Below, piece after piece: positions 26,570 to 36,752 of a DNA stretch of 50,753 nt. The first letter of the stretch is position 1; the number at the start of each line of letters is the position of its first letter. The translations under genes and the position numbers were made by a program. The stretch is from an uncultured Saprospiraceae bacterium (GTDB lineage: Bacteria; Bacteroidota; Bacteroidia; Chitinophagales; Saprospiraceae), in assembly GCA_964556525.1 (NCBI GenBank), contig CAZKXO010000001.1, positions 1-50,753 of the forward strand. The letters are read 5' to 3'. The notes under the pieces were generated by a model, which saw only the letters and a program-made list of their open reading frames with translations, made no database searches and was not told the DNA's origin.

Positions 26570-28438
26570 CTATCTCCCTTTATGCACCAATAGAATACTT
26601 ACATCAGATGGGCTAACACCACTTATCCGACTAGCCTGTCCTATCGTTCGAGGCTTTATTTCATTGAGCTTTTCTCTGGCTTCTGAGGACAATGCAGAAA
26701 ATTGGTTGTAATCTATATCTCGTTCCAAGCGGACACCTTCCAAGCGCAGCATCTTATCCGCCAGCTCCTGTTCTTTTTGGATATAGCCTTCGTACTTGAT
26801 ATCTGTGCCAGCTATTTCTATAACTTCCTTGTCGTAACTCTGTATAAAGTCTTTAAGAGGTTGGAAATGCTGAACAAGTGAAGGAATATCTATACCAGGC
26901 CTCGACAATACGCCGAGTAACTTGACCTTCTGGCTGAGCGGTGAAGAACCGATAGAGTTCAGATAGCCATTGATATCATCGGGCCCTACACTGGTTTTCT
27001 TAAAGAATTCTCTTATCTCTTTGACGGCTCCTTTTTTGTGTTCTACCCTTTCTAGTCTTGCATCCAGTCCGGTAATTCCTACTTTTTCTGCAAGAGGAGT
27101 CAGTCTGAGGTCAGCATTGTCCTGGCGCAGAAGAATTCTGTATTCAGCCCTAGAGGTGAACATCCTATAAGGTTCTTTAGTCCCTTTATTGACCAGGTCA
27201 TCTATAAGTACACCGATATAGCCTTCTGATCTCTTGAGGACAAAAGAATCTTCCTCTTTGACCTTGAGGGCCGCATTCATCCCTGCCAGATAGCCTTGGG
27301 AAGCTGCTTCTTCATATCCAGTAGTACCATTTATCTGTCCTGCAAAAAAGAGATTGTCTACCAACTTGGTTTCCAGACTTATATCCAGCTGTGTAGGTGG
27401 AAAGAAGTCATATTCTATAGCATATCCCGGTCTGAACATCTTTGCATTTTCAAAACCAGGAATCTTCAGCATAGCTTTATACTGAACATCTTCTGGCAAT
27501 GAAGAAGAGAAACCATTCACATATATCTCACAAGTATCTCTTCCTTCAGGTTCTACAAACAACTGATGCCTGTCCCTATCAGAAAAGCGATCTATCTTAT
27601 CTTCTATACTTGGACAGTAACGCGGACCGAGACCTCTTATCCTTCCATTGAACATAGGAGACCTGTCAAAACCTTCCTTGAGAGTATCATGGACTTTCTG
27701 ATTGGTGTAGGTGATATGACAAGGCACTTGCTCTTCTAACACTGGTGTCTCAGTGTAGGAAAACTTAGAAGGTTCTGTATCTCCAGGCTGTGTTTCCATA
27801 GCATCCCAGTCTAGGCTACGGCCATCTACTCTAGGTGGCGTCCCTGTTTTCATTCTTCCTGACTCAAAGCCAAGCTCTACGAGTTGCTCCGTGATTCCAG
27901 TTGCTGCCCGTTCTCCAGCTCTTCCACCACCAAATTGCTTTTCGCCGATATGTATGAGTCCATTTAGGAAGGTCCCATTGGTGAGTACTACAGATTTTGC
28001 TGGTATTTCCAGCCCTATTCCGGTCACCACACCTTGACATTTTCCATCTTTCACGATGAGACCTTTGATCATTTCTTGCCAGAAGTCTATCTGAGGATTG
28101 GCTTCGAGCATATTCCGCCATTTACGAGCAAACAGCATTCTGTCACTTTGTGCTCTGGGGCTCCACATCGCAGGACCCTTAGACTTATTCAGCATACGAA
28201 ACTGTATCATGGTGTAATCAGTAACGATTCCACTGTAACCTCCCAGGGCATCTATCTCTCTTACTATCTGTCCTTTGGCAACACCTCCCATAGCTGGGTT
28301 GCAACTCATCTGGGCAATAGTCTGCATATTCATGGTAGCGAGAAGTACTTTGGCACCTATATTTGCTGCAGCTACAGCAGCTTCACTACCGGCGTGACCT
28401 GCGCCCACTACAATCACATCATATTCTGGAAACATCAA
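26570..28438 (-). CDS. mnmG: tRNA uridine 5-carboxymethylaminomethyl modification enzyme MnmG (GidA)
   Basis: 622 aa. It has '[16 protein letters not shown]', 'SCNPAMGG', '[11 protein letters not shown]' and '[16 protein letters not shown]'. Confidence 0.95.
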   Translation of the reverse strand: MMFPEYDVIVVGAGHAGSEAAVAAANIGAKVLLATMNMQTIAQMSCNPAMGGVAKGQIVREIDALGGYSGIVTDYTMIQFRMLNKSKGPAMWSPRAQSDRMLFARKWRNMLEANPQIDFWQEMIKGLIVKDGKCQGVVTGIGLEIPAKSVVLTNGTFLNGLIHIGEKQFGGGRAGERAATGITEQLVELGFESGRMKTGTPPRVDGRSLDWDAMETQPGDTEPSKFSYTETPVLEEQVPCHITYTNQKVHDTLKEGFDRSPMFNGRIRGLGPRYCPSIEDKIDRFSDRDRHQLFVEPEGRDTCEIYVNGFSSSLPEDVQYKAMLKIPGFENAKMFRPGYAIEYDFFPPTQLDISLETKLVDNLFFAGQINGTTGYEEAASQGYLAGMNAALKVKEEDSFVLKRSEGYIGVLIDDLVNKGTKEPYRMFTSRAEYRILLRQDNADLRLTPLAEKVGITGLDARLERVEHKKGAVKEIREFFKKTSVGPDDINGYLNSIGSSPLSQKVKLLGVLSRPGIDIPSLVQHFQPLKDFIQSYDKEVIEIAGTDIKYEGYIQKEQELADKMLRLEGVRLERDIDYNQFSALSSEAREKLNEIKPRTIGQASRISGVSPSDVSILLVHKGR

Positions 28439-28673
28439 TTGTTTTCTTTATTGCGGTTACAAAAATATGCCATTTAGATGGATGTTATGTATTAAGAAAA
28501 TCATCTATGTATATATCTGACAACCAAACATATACACATATTTTATTTTTATAACGTCTTGATTTATTCCTACTTCAATCTGTCGTGCAAACTCATATTT
28601 ATATTTTTTGGGACAAACCGCTTGATACCACCATAAGATTGACTAATTTAAAGCCTTAATCAATTTAAACACT

Positions 28674-30749
28674 ATGAGAACTTTTTTACTATTTTTTGTT
28701 TCATTATTCTTCTCTGTCGCAATGTTTGGACAGATTACGCATTCAGAAAATTTTGACGGCTTTCCTGTCGGAGAAGGGATTACAGACTTAGATCCTGAAT
28801 TCTGGGAACTGTGGCCACAAGATCCTAATGCACCCCCTGTACAAGATGCTGTTATATCTGATGCACAAGCTGCCTCAGGAACGAACTCGCTATATTTACC
28901 CGGAGGTCAGGACGTAGATATACTCCACATTTTTGGTGGCGATCAGTACACCTCAGGTACTTTCAGAGTATCTTTTGATATTTTAATAACTGGAGGCAGA
29001 AACTCCTACTTTAATTTCCAAGGTTCAGACCTTATTCCTTCTGATGGAAACTGGGTACTGCAGTGTTTCCTAAGAGAAAATGGCATTTTCCAAGTAGATA
29101 ACGGTCAGCAAATCGTATTTGAAAATGCTTACCAACCCAATGAATGGATGAACATTGAGCTAGAAATAAACCTTACGCAAAATCTATGGAGAATGTTTGT
29201 CGACGGAGATTGTCTAGGTTCATTTATTAATTCAGTTGAAAACAATCAGATCTACGCTATGAATTTATTCCCACTAGATGGCAATTCTGATGCATACGTA
29301 GACAACATTGAATTCGAGCACAACCCTGATGCAGCTGCTGTTGATGTACAGTTGGATGCAGTAGCATTCGGTGGAGTAGATGTAGATGCAAGAATAGGTG
29401 TAAACCAAACTGACTTTTTTGGTATAGTTGGTACTCAGCAAAATCTTCAGCTTAATGTTGCTAATGCAGGAACTGAAAACATAGAGTCTTTCACTTTAGA
29501 ATTTGAAGGGCCTGGAATTTCTTTCACAGAAGAATTTGATTTCATTCTTGCTCCTCAAACTTTGGCACCAGTAGAAGTTGCTGTTCCATATACTTATACT
29601 CCTGGAACCGAAGTTGCTCTGATGAGAATAAGGAATGTTAATGGCATAGGTGATGACAACACCTGTAACAATGTTAGGCCACTGACGCTGACAGGATTTA
29701 TTCCTGACCCAGACAAAAAGGTATGGGTAGAAGAAACAACAGGCAGAGCTGCAGAGCTTTCTCCTATAGGTCATGTATATATGAATTACATGCAGAACAA
29801 GTATCCTGAGCAATTTGTAGGAATCTCAGTACACAATGATGCATTTGGTCTAGATCCAATGACTAATGAAACTTGGAATCTTGCTTTAGAAGCTATTCCT
29901 ACTGCTGATTTCCAAAGATTGGTATGGACAGAAAGAGATCCGGATCTATTAAACTTTGCAGAAAACATAGAGTCTGTTTTTGTGAATAGTGCTGTAACAG
30001 AACCAATTCTTTCTCTTGAGCATGGTGCTTCTTTCGATCCTTCAACAAGAAATCTAACAGTACAAGTAACAACTGATTTCTTCTTGGTTGCAATTAGAGA
30101 CAACACAAGACTACTAGTAGGATTAACAGAAGATGGTGTTATAGGAACTAACGCCGGTTTTGCTCAGCAAAATTCCTTTGCTGGTGGTCAATTTGGACCT
30201 ATGGGTGGATTCGAATTATTACCTAATCCAGTTCCTGCTGACCAAATGATTTATAACAGAGTAGCAAGAATGTTACTTACGCCAACTCTAGGTCTAGAAG
30301 GTGCTTATACTGATGTAGATGGAAGAACGATAACGCATACTTTCTCAATGATTATTCCTGATGAATTTAATATCGACAATATGAGTATCGTAAGCTCATT
30401 TATCGGTCAGGATGGTAGAAGTTTCAATGCACAAAAGACGACTATTTTCGAAGCAGAGCAAAATGGTCTTTCTAGCACTGTAGATCCTGAATTAGATCAA
30501 GGTATCAGCGTTTATCCAAATCCTACAACTGGTATTGCAAATATCACATTAGAGTTTGAGCAACCAAAAGACATCTCTATGGAGTTAGCAGATGCTATCG
30601 GCAGAACTATCAGACAAGAGAACCTAGGATCTATCTCTAACAAAGTTGTAAGAAGCTTTGATGGTAGTGATTTAGATGCTGGTGTTTACTACTTAAGATT
30701 CGTTAATGGCGAACAAATCACTGTAAAGAAATTGGTTATAACAGAATAA
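28674..30749 (+). CDS. T9SS-secreted multidomain protein: LamG/jelly-roll-like N-domain, CARDB-like Ig domain, Omp28/thioredoxin-fold-like region, type-A sorting domain
   Basis: 691 aa with signal 'MRTFLLFFVSLFFSVAMFGQ'. The C-terminus 'ISVYPNPTTGIANITLEF...GVYYLRFVNGEQITVKKLVI' fits a T9SS sorting domain. The internal domain calls are pattern-level only. Confidence 0.8.
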   Translation: MRTFLLFFVSLFFSVAMFGQITHSENFDGFPVGEGITDLDPEFWELWPQDPNAPPVQDAVISDAQAASGTNSLYLPGGQDVDILHIFGGDQYTSGTFRVSFDILITGGRNSYFNFQGSDLIPSDGNWVLQCFLRENGIFQVDNGQQIVFENAYQPNEWMNIELEINLTQNLWRMFVDGDCLGSFINSVENNQIYAMNLFPLDGNSDAYVDNIEFEHNPDAAAVDVQLDAVAFGGVDVDARIGVNQTDFFGIVGTQQNLQLNVANAGTENIESFTLEFEGPGISFTEEFDFILAPQTLAPVEVAVPYTYTPGTEVALMRIRNVNGIGDDNTCNNVRPLTLTGFIPDPDKKVWVEETTGRAAELSPIGHVYMNYMQNKYPEQFVGISVHNDAFGLDPMTNETWNLALEAIPTADFQRLVWTERDPDLLNFAENIESVFVNSAVTEPILSLEHGASFDPSTRNLTVQVTTDFFLVAIRDNTRLLVGLTEDGVIGTNAGFAQQNSFAGGQFGPMGGFELLPNPVPADQMIYNRVARMLLTPTLGLEGAYTDVDGRTITHTFSMIIPDEFNIDNMSIVSSFIGQDGRSFNAQKTTIFEAEQNGLSSTVDPELDQGISVYPNPTTGIANITLEFEQPKDISMELADAIGRTIRQENLGSISNKVVRSFDGSDLDAGVYYLRFVNGEQITVKKLVITE

Positions 30750-30771
30750 AATCTGTAGAAATAAATTTTCT

Positions 30772-30805
30772 AAGCGGCACCTTTCACAAGGTGCCGCTTT
30801 TTTTT
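30772..30805 (+). terminator. Rho-independent terminator
   Basis: Stem AAGCGGCACC / GGTGCCGCTT with an 8-nt loop, followed by a T run to 30805. It starts 23 nt after the stop codon. Confidence 0.85.
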
Positions 30806-30870
30806 GGCTTAGATCGTAGCCTTCTTATATTATTTATATTTCATATATCTTTAGACTCTAAATTCTAAAC

Positions 30871-32295
30871 TTGGAAGAGAATAAGAGACATATACTTAAG
30901 CCTGAGCAAAAGGCCCTCAATATCAATCTCAATAAGAAGATCTACGGGACTTTTGCAGAAATAGGAGCTGGACAGGAAGTAGCCAGAAATTTCTTCCAAG
31001 CAGGAGCCGCGGTGGGTACCATTGCAAAAACGATGTCGGCCTACGACAAGACTTATTCCGACTCTATCTATGGACCTGAAGAAAGTGGGCGCTATGTATG
31101 CGAATCCAGGCTCTATAAAATGCTAGACCACGAGTACAATCTGATGACAGAAAGACTTACAGAAGTCAGACCAGATTCCACCTTCTTTGTATTTGCTGAT
31201 ACCGTAGCAGCTATTAACTATAAGCGAACTATCAAAGGAAGTGGTTGGCTAGGCGTACGGTTCCAACTGACACCAGAAGGCCCTCCAAATGACCTGGTTA
31301 TACATGTCAATCTCAAAGATCAAAGCAATCACCTCCAACAAGAAGCCATAGGCATCATCGGCGTAAACATGATCTATGCCTGTTATAAATACACAAACGA
31401 TCTAGATGAGTTTGTCCTATCTATGGTAGATGGTATACATGGCAGAGTAGAGATAGATATGGTCAGACTAGAAGGTCCTGATTTCGAAGAGTTGGACAAC
31501 AGATTGCTTACCTATAAAATTGTCTACCACAATCTTACAGAAGTAGCCATGTTCAGCAAACATGGTAGAAGCATCCATGCCTCAGAGTTTCTATGGAAGA
31601 AAGACCTCATGGTCGTCCGCGGACACTTCAGGCCACCTACAAAAGTCAGTGTGGATGTTTTTGAAGCAGGTCTAGCTCAGTTTAAGAAAGAAGACGGGGT
31701 ACAGGAAGACAGGGCAACTATCATGGCAGAAATAACCATGAAAAATCTAGAAGTCGACGGAAAAATTTCTGAGAAAGACTACCTCGAAAGAGCCGAAGCA
31801 CTTTGTGCCCTAGGATATAATGTAATTATCTCTGATTGCGACAACCACCAGAATCTGGTCAATTACCTTTCCGATCTTAATATTGGCAAACTGGGACTTG
31901 TCCTAGGTGTCAGAGAACTCTATGATATCATAGACGAAAAGTATCATAACAATCAAGACGGTAGACTGCTAGTGGCCTTTGGCGAACTGTTCAATAGAAA
32001 CATTACCGTATATGTCTATCCTGCCTACCTAAGAAAAGGGAAAGAACTGGTTTCAGCAAGAACTCTCATTGTGCCAGACGGCATACATTTTTTGTACAAG
32101 CATCTCATAGATGCCAATCAGATTGTAGAAATCGAAAATTTCAACAAGGAGCAATTGGATATTATGCCATGGAATATTTTAGAATCTATCAGCAAAGGTG
32201 GGGAGTGGGAACATTGCGTGCCTAAAGAAATAGTACATACTATCAAGGAAAACAATTTATTCGGTTATCAAGCAAAAAATAATACTCTTGCCTAG
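30871..32295 (+). CDS. Conserved cytoplasmic protein of unknown function
   Basis: 474-aa ORF with a TTG start. The N-terminal block 'IYGTFAEIGAGQEVARNFFQAGAAVGTIAKTMSAYDKTYSDSIYG' looks like a widely conserved family, but I cannot name it with confidence. Confidence 0.7.
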   Translation: MEENKRHILKPEQKALNINLNKKIYGTFAEIGAGQEVARNFFQAGAAVGTIAKTMSAYDKTYSDSIYGPEESGRYVCESRLYKMLDHEYNLMTERLTEVRPDSTFFVFADTVAAINYKRTIKGSGWLGVRFQLTPEGPPNDLVIHVNLKDQSNHLQQEAIGIIGVNMIYACYKYTNDLDEFVLSMVDGIHGRVEIDMVRLEGPDFEELDNRLLTYKIVYHNLTEVAMFSKHGRSIHASEFLWKKDLMVVRGHFRPPTKVSVDVFEAGLAQFKKEDGVQEDRATIMAEITMKNLEVDGKISEKDYLERAEALCALGYNVIISDCDNHQNLVNYLSDLNIGKLGLVLGVRELYDIIDEKYHNNQDGRLLVAFGELFNRNITVYVYPAYLRKGKELVSARTLIVPDGIHFLYKHLIDANQIVEIENFNKEQLDIMPWNILESISKGGEWEHCVPKEIVHTIKENNLFGYQAKNNTLA

Positions 32296-33112
32296 GATTA
32301 TTATACTTTTCTTTTTCCTAGCCATTCTTTCGGCTTGTAATAATAAGCCCACAGAAACTCACTCTGCCATACCGATGGTAGAAAAAAAACCTGCCAGCCT
32401 CATCGCTGCTGCCGACAAGCTTGCAGCCCAACAAGAAAGTTCAGACCTGAAGTACATCATGGGCAAGTTTATTCCTGAGGAAGATCATTATTTTGTCCGC
32501 ATATCAGAAGACTATGCTGATAGGACTGGCATGTATCTGCGCAAAGAAGCTTATCAGTCTTTTCTTAGAATGTATGAGGCCGCCAAGCTAGCTGGTATAG
32601 AACTGCAAATAAGATCGGCGACTAGAAATTTTGATTATCAGAAAGGTATCTGGGAGAGAAAATGGACTGGAGAAACCATCCTTAGCACTGGCGAAAATGC
32701 AGCCACAGCCTTTCCTGAAAGTAAGGATCGCGCATTAAAAATCTTAAATTATAGTTCCATGCCCGGCACTTCCAGACATCACTGGGGTACCGATATAGAT
32801 CTCAATAAGTTCAACAATGAATGGTTCGAAACTGGTGAAGGTCTCCAACTCTTTGAGTGGCTAGAAGCACATGCCCATGAGTACGGTTTCTGCAGACCCT
32901 ACACCGCCAAGGGTCCTAATCGTCCCGAGGGCTATAACGAGGAAAAATGGCACTGGTCCTATACCCCACTCTCTGATGAACTAACAAATCTAGCCGAAAC
33001 TTATCTGAAAGAAAATATGATTACGGGCTTTATGGGCAGTGAGGTTGCCGAGGAACTAGAAGTTGTCAAAAATTATGTGCTGGGAATCAATCATAGTTGC
33101 AGAGCACATTAA
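32288..33112 (+). CDS. M15-family (VanY-like) D-alanyl-D-alanine carboxypeptidase lipoprotein
   Basis: 274 aa with a TTG start and the lipoprotein signal 'IIILFFFLAILSAC'. The zinc-ligand context is 'SATRNFDYQ', 'SRHHWGTDIDL' and 'HAHEYGF'. It overlaps the upstream gene by 8 nt. Confidence 0.8.
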   Translation: MPRIIILFFFLAILSACNNKPTETHSAIPMVEKKPASLIAAADKLAAQQESSDLKYIMGKFIPEEDHYFVRISEDYADRTGMYLRKEAYQSFLRMYEAAKLAGIELQIRSATRNFDYQKGIWERKWTGETILSTGENAATAFPESKDRALKILNYSSMPGTSRHHWGTDIDLNKFNNEWFETGEGLQLFEWLEAHAHEYGFCRPYTAKGPNRPEGYNEEKWHWSYTPLSDELTNLAETYLKENMITGFMGSEVAEELEVVKNYVLGINHSCRAH

Positions 33113-33156
33113 AGTGCCCTTGGCTTAACGAATTAAAAAAATAAAAAAATAAAAAA

Positions 33157-33720
33157 ATGGCTCTTACAGAATCTAACATGCTTCCATTGAAAACCAAAGC
33201 ACCTGCTTTTTCCTTACCGGATACAATCAGTAGTACAATGAAAAGCTACGAAGACATCAGAGGCGCGAAAGGTACTGTCGTCATTTTTTCCTGCAACCAT
33301 TGTCCTTTCGTTATTCATGTCAATCATGAAATGGTCCAGATTGCAGAGCATTACAGTCAGCAAGGCATCGGTTTTGTCGCTATCTCTTCTAACGACGTAG
33401 AAAATTATCCAGCTGACGGACCTAAAGAAATGCAACTGGTAGCAAAAGTCCTAAAATATCCTTTCCCTTATCTGTATGATGAAAGTCAGGAAATTGCAAA
33501 GGCTTATAATGCTGCTTGCACACCAGATTTCTATCTCTTCAATGCCCAGGATGAGTTAGTCTACCGAGGAAGAATGGATGGCAGTCGTCCTGGCAATGGC
33601 TTGCCTGTAACTGGCGCAGACCTAAGATCAGCTCTGGATGCTGTCTGTCTGGGAATAAATGAGATTACACCACAGATTCCAAGTGCTGGCTGTAATATCA
33701 AATGGCGTCCACAAAACTAA
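33157..33720 (+). CDS. Thioredoxin-fold (AhpC/TSA-like) thiol-disulfide oxidoreductase
   Basis: 187 aa. It has the 'FSCNHCPFV' CxxC motif in a redoxin-like context, with the N-terminal 'KAPAFSLPD'. Confidence 0.8.
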   Translation: MALTESNMLPLKTKAPAFSLPDTISSTMKSYEDIRGAKGTVVIFSCNHCPFVIHVNHEMVQIAEHYSQQGIGFVAISSNDVENYPADGPKEMQLVAKVLKYPFPYLYDESQEIAKAYNAACTPDFYLFNAQDELVYRGRMDGSRPGNGLPVTGADLRSALDAVCLGINEITPQIPSAGCNIKWRPQN

Positions 33721-33743
33721 TTTTATAAAAGCAGTTACTCGAC

Positions 33744-34112
33744 ATGAATAACCAGGAACTTGTACTTGACTCAACTATAAAAATCACCTCTACTAGCTGG
33801 AGTGATGACGAGCTACTTACTTACATACTCATCCACTGTGGCTCCGCAGACCTCAATATCAGCTCAGAGGAAGAAGCCTATATTACATCTAGAGTATCAC
33901 AAGACCTGTATCATCAGATGCTAACAATATATCTCAATGATACTGAGCAAGACCGTATCTACAAGATAAAGGACGCCTATGATGACCACATCTATAATAA
34001 CAATGAGACAGATGTGCTTTATGAGGAAATGCATAATCTCTTTCACATAGATGGCGATTACGACAAACTAGAGCAAGCTGTATTTAGAAAGCTGGATACA
34101 ATATTGTCTTAG
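33744..34112 (+). CDS. Hypothetical small acidic protein (possibly TerB-like)
   Basis: 122-aa ORF 23 nt after the upstream gene. The TerB-like idea rests only on 'GSADLNISSEEEAYI' and is weak. Confidence 0.5.
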   Translation: MNNQELVLDSTIKITSTSWSDDELLTYILIHCGSADLNISSEEEAYITSRVSQDLYHQMLTIYLNDTEQDRIYKIKDAYDDHIYNNNETDVLYEEMHNLFHIDGDYDKLEQAVFRKLDTILS

Positions 34113-34184
34113 TCTCTCCTGTCTATCATTTTATCTATTAATCCATCGTAATAAAAGAGAAGTTTCTATCTTGTCATGGACTAG

Positions 34185-35426
34185 ATGAAACTCCTAGAAA
34201 ACATTAAGGTAGCACTCCGCTCTATCAGATCTAATCTTCTGAGAGCCTTACTCACCTTGCTCATTATTGCAGTAGGTATCACTTGTCTAGTTGGTATGCT
34301 TACAGCAATAGATACGATACTCTTTTCGATGAATAATAGTTTCAATCGTATGGGCGCTAACTCCTTTAGAGTATATCCAGCCAGCAATTCCATACAGACC
34401 AGACAAAGAGGTCGCGAAACCAAGAGAGCTGATCCTATCGACTTTAAACAAGCGATGAATTTTAAGGAAGAATTTGATTTTCCTTCTGCTATGGTTTCTA
34501 TTAATACCTTCTGCCAGTGGAACTCAGTGGTAAAATTTAAAAACAAGAAAACCAACCCAAACATCAGACTCATAGGTATAGATGAAAATTATCTAGTAGC
34601 TTCTGCTTATGACTTGGCTGCAGGTAGAAACTTTTCTATCTCAGAAATACAAAATGGAGACCACAAGATCATCATCGGCGACGAACTCGTATCCAATCTC
34701 TTTGATAAAAATCAGGAAGCGGCTATCGGTGAGATTCTGCATGTAGGTAACACCAGATACAAAGTAATAGGAGTACTGGCAAGTAAAGGTTCTTCCATGA
34801 CTCAGTCTAATGACCGCCGCGTATTTATTCCTCTGCTAAATGCCAAAAGATATTATGGTTATGCCAATAGGAATTATGACGTAATGATTGCCCTAAAAGA
34901 TCCATCTAAAATGGAACAAGCAACAGCGGAAGCAACAGGACTCTTACGTAATATCCGTCGACTGAAAGCTACACAGAAAAACGATTTTGAGATCAGAAGA
35001 AGCGATGGCATCTTGGAAACTCTCAAAGAGATGACTGCCGAGATCCGATGGGCAACAATTGCAATTGCCTTGATGACCCTCCTCGGGGCTGCCATCGGAC
35101 TTATGAATATCATGCTGGTCTCCGTTACAGAGAGAACCAGAGAAATAGGGGTCAGAAAAGCCCTAGGTGCCACTCGATTCAATATTCTTTTTCAGTTCCT
35201 TATGGAAGCTGTAGTAATCACTCTAATAGGTGGTATCATGGGTATAATCCTTGGAGTAATAGTGGGAATATTGGTTGCTAAATTTATAGGTGGAATCTTC
35301 GTAGTCCCTTACAATTGGATGGCTGTCGGTATAATAGTCTGTATCTTTGTCGGTGTAATATCCGGAATATATCCTGCGCTAAAAGCTTCTCGTCTGGACC
35401 CAATAGACTCCTTGAGGTACGAGTAA
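34185..35426 (+). CDS. ABC transporter permease, MacB/FtsX family
   Basis: 413 aa. The N-terminal TM helix is followed by a MacB-type periplasmic domain and a C-terminal FtsX 3-TM bundle with 'REIGVRKALGATR'. There is no adjacent ATPase gene. Confidence 0.9.
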   Translation: MKLLENIKVALRSIRSNLLRALLTLLIIAVGITCLVGMLTAIDTILFSMNNSFNRMGANSFRVYPASNSIQTRQRGRETKRADPIDFKQAMNFKEEFDFPSAMVSINTFCQWNSVVKFKNKKTNPNIRLIGIDENYLVASAYDLAAGRNFSISEIQNGDHKIIIGDELVSNLFDKNQEAAIGEILHVGNTRYKVIGVLASKGSSMTQSNDRRVFIPLLNAKRYYGYANRNYDVMIALKDPSKMEQATAEATGLLRNIRRLKATQKNDFEIRRSDGILETLKEMTAEIRWATIAIALMTLLGAAIGLMNIMLVSVTERTREIGVRKALGATRFNILFQFLMEAVVITLIGGIMGIILGVIVGILVAKFIGGIFVVPYNWMAVGIIVCIFVGVISGIYPALKASRLDPIDSLRYE

Positions 35427-35566
35427 ATCCTGGAAAATTCCTGTTCTGCTTAACAATAATTTAATAATTCCATGTAAATTATAGAGCTAAATTGCGACTG
35501 CTGAGAAACACCTAAATTGGCAAGCAGTCAACTTGTACAATTAATTTAATCCAAAAAGAACTTAAA

Positions 35567-36226
35567 ATGAAAAATGTAATTCTTCTGATATGTTCTCTGT
35601 TTATAGTTGTAACTGGCTATAGCCAAATCAGTGAAACAGCTGCAGAAATCAGTCTGGGTAAGCAAAATGCCTTTGTCATGGACCACCCAGGCGCCTCTAA
35701 AAAAACAGTTACCAAAATTCTGGAAAATGCCGTCAAGGAATACGGCAAAGTAAAAAGAAACAAAAAAGCCAAAGAGTACAATTGCCTACAGTGCGATGTA
35801 CCTGGCATGTCAGGTCCTACCAATGTATACTTCAAAGTAGAAGAAGGCAAAGGTCAAACAACGAGTTATGTATTCTTTGATGATGGATCAAAATTCATAA
35901 GCTCGGAAAACAATGCAGATCTTGCTGCTGGTCTTAAAGATAAACTAATGAATGTCAGCTTTGATGTTACCAGATCTGTTATATCTGACGAACTAGATGA
36001 CGAAGAAGATAATCTTAAAGACAGAAACAAAGAGCTCTCTAAACTTGAAAAGAGAAATGAAGACCTGCACAATGATATCGAAAAGTACAAAAAGAAAATC
36101 TCTGAAGCTGAAGCAGAAATAGAGAAGAATCTTCAAAACCAAGAAGACAAAAAGATGGAGATAGAAAAGCAGTCTAGAGTTATAGAAGAGGTCACAACTA
36201 AGCTAAATAATGTAGGTAAAGGCTAA
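35567..36226 (+). CDS. Secreted protein of unknown function with a C-terminal coiled coil
   Basis: 219 aa with signal 'MKNVILLICSLFIVVTGYSQ'. It has a K/E-rich heptad-like tail and is followed by a terminator. Confidence 0.65.
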   Translation: MKNVILLICSLFIVVTGYSQISETAAEISLGKQNAFVMDHPGASKKTVTKILENAVKEYGKVKRNKKAKEYNCLQCDVPGMSGPTNVYFKVEEGKGQTTSYVFFDDGSKFISSENNADLAAGLKDKLMNVSFDVTRSVISDELDDEEDNLKDRNKELSKLEKRNEDLHNDIEKYKKKISEAEAEIEKNLQNQEDKKMEIEKQSRVIEEVTTKLNNVGKG

Positions 36227-36253
36227 CAAGCTGAGTCCAATAAAAATAAAACT

Positions 36254-36284
36254 AAAGGTCGGGTTAGCGCTCGGCCTTTTTTTT
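36254..36284 (+). terminator. Rho-independent terminator after the 35567..36226 gene
   Basis: Stem AAAGGTCG / CGGCCTTT (one G-U pair) followed by T8 (36277-36284). Confidence 0.7.
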
Positions 36285-36314
36285 GTGGCGATGAGACAAC
36301 TGGGTTAGTATAAA

Positions 36315-36350
36315 AGAAAAAAGCGCAGTATCTCACTCTGCGCTTTTTTT
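36315..36350. terminator. Second, bidirectional-looking terminator hairpin
   Basis: Stem AAGCGCAG / CTGCGCTT with a 9-nt loop. It is flanked by A6 on the left and T7 on the right, so it could terminate transcription from either strand. Confidence 0.65.
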
Positions 36351-36752
36351 AACCAAACTCAAACTTTATTAAACTCATCGATTGTACATATAAGACGCAA
36401 TATCAATAGTAAAAAGACCTAAGAACTCGTTAAATCTGGTTAAGGAACAGCTAATGGCTGAGGATTCCATATTATGCCCTTATAAATCAGGAGCTTATGT
36501 ATATCCTAAACCTTCAATAGGACAGGCGTCCAATGACTCAGATTGAAAATGTCAGGACTTCTTGAGTGAAAGCTGTCCTTATCGTGTTCCCCTTTTGGCG
36601 GAATCCAAGTAGAGAACCAACCCTTTCACCACGACTAAATCCTGACGGTGAGCTTACTGGATGCTATCATGATCTTTCTTATCCATCTTATGCACCAACA
36701 ATAATGGCGGTTCCTTATTTTAGTACACAAAATACTCGCGAAAAACTAAGAA

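Noticed and set aside
28034-28477. 147-aa + strand ORF
   Set aside because: It lies almost wholly antisense within the well-supported mnmG gene. Its composition is low-complexity and His/Ser/Thr-rich, typical of a shadow ORF.
34181-34573. 130-aa minus-strand ORF
   Set aside because: It is antisense to the 5' part of the MacB/FtsX permease gene, which has clear family motifs. It is a shadow ORF.
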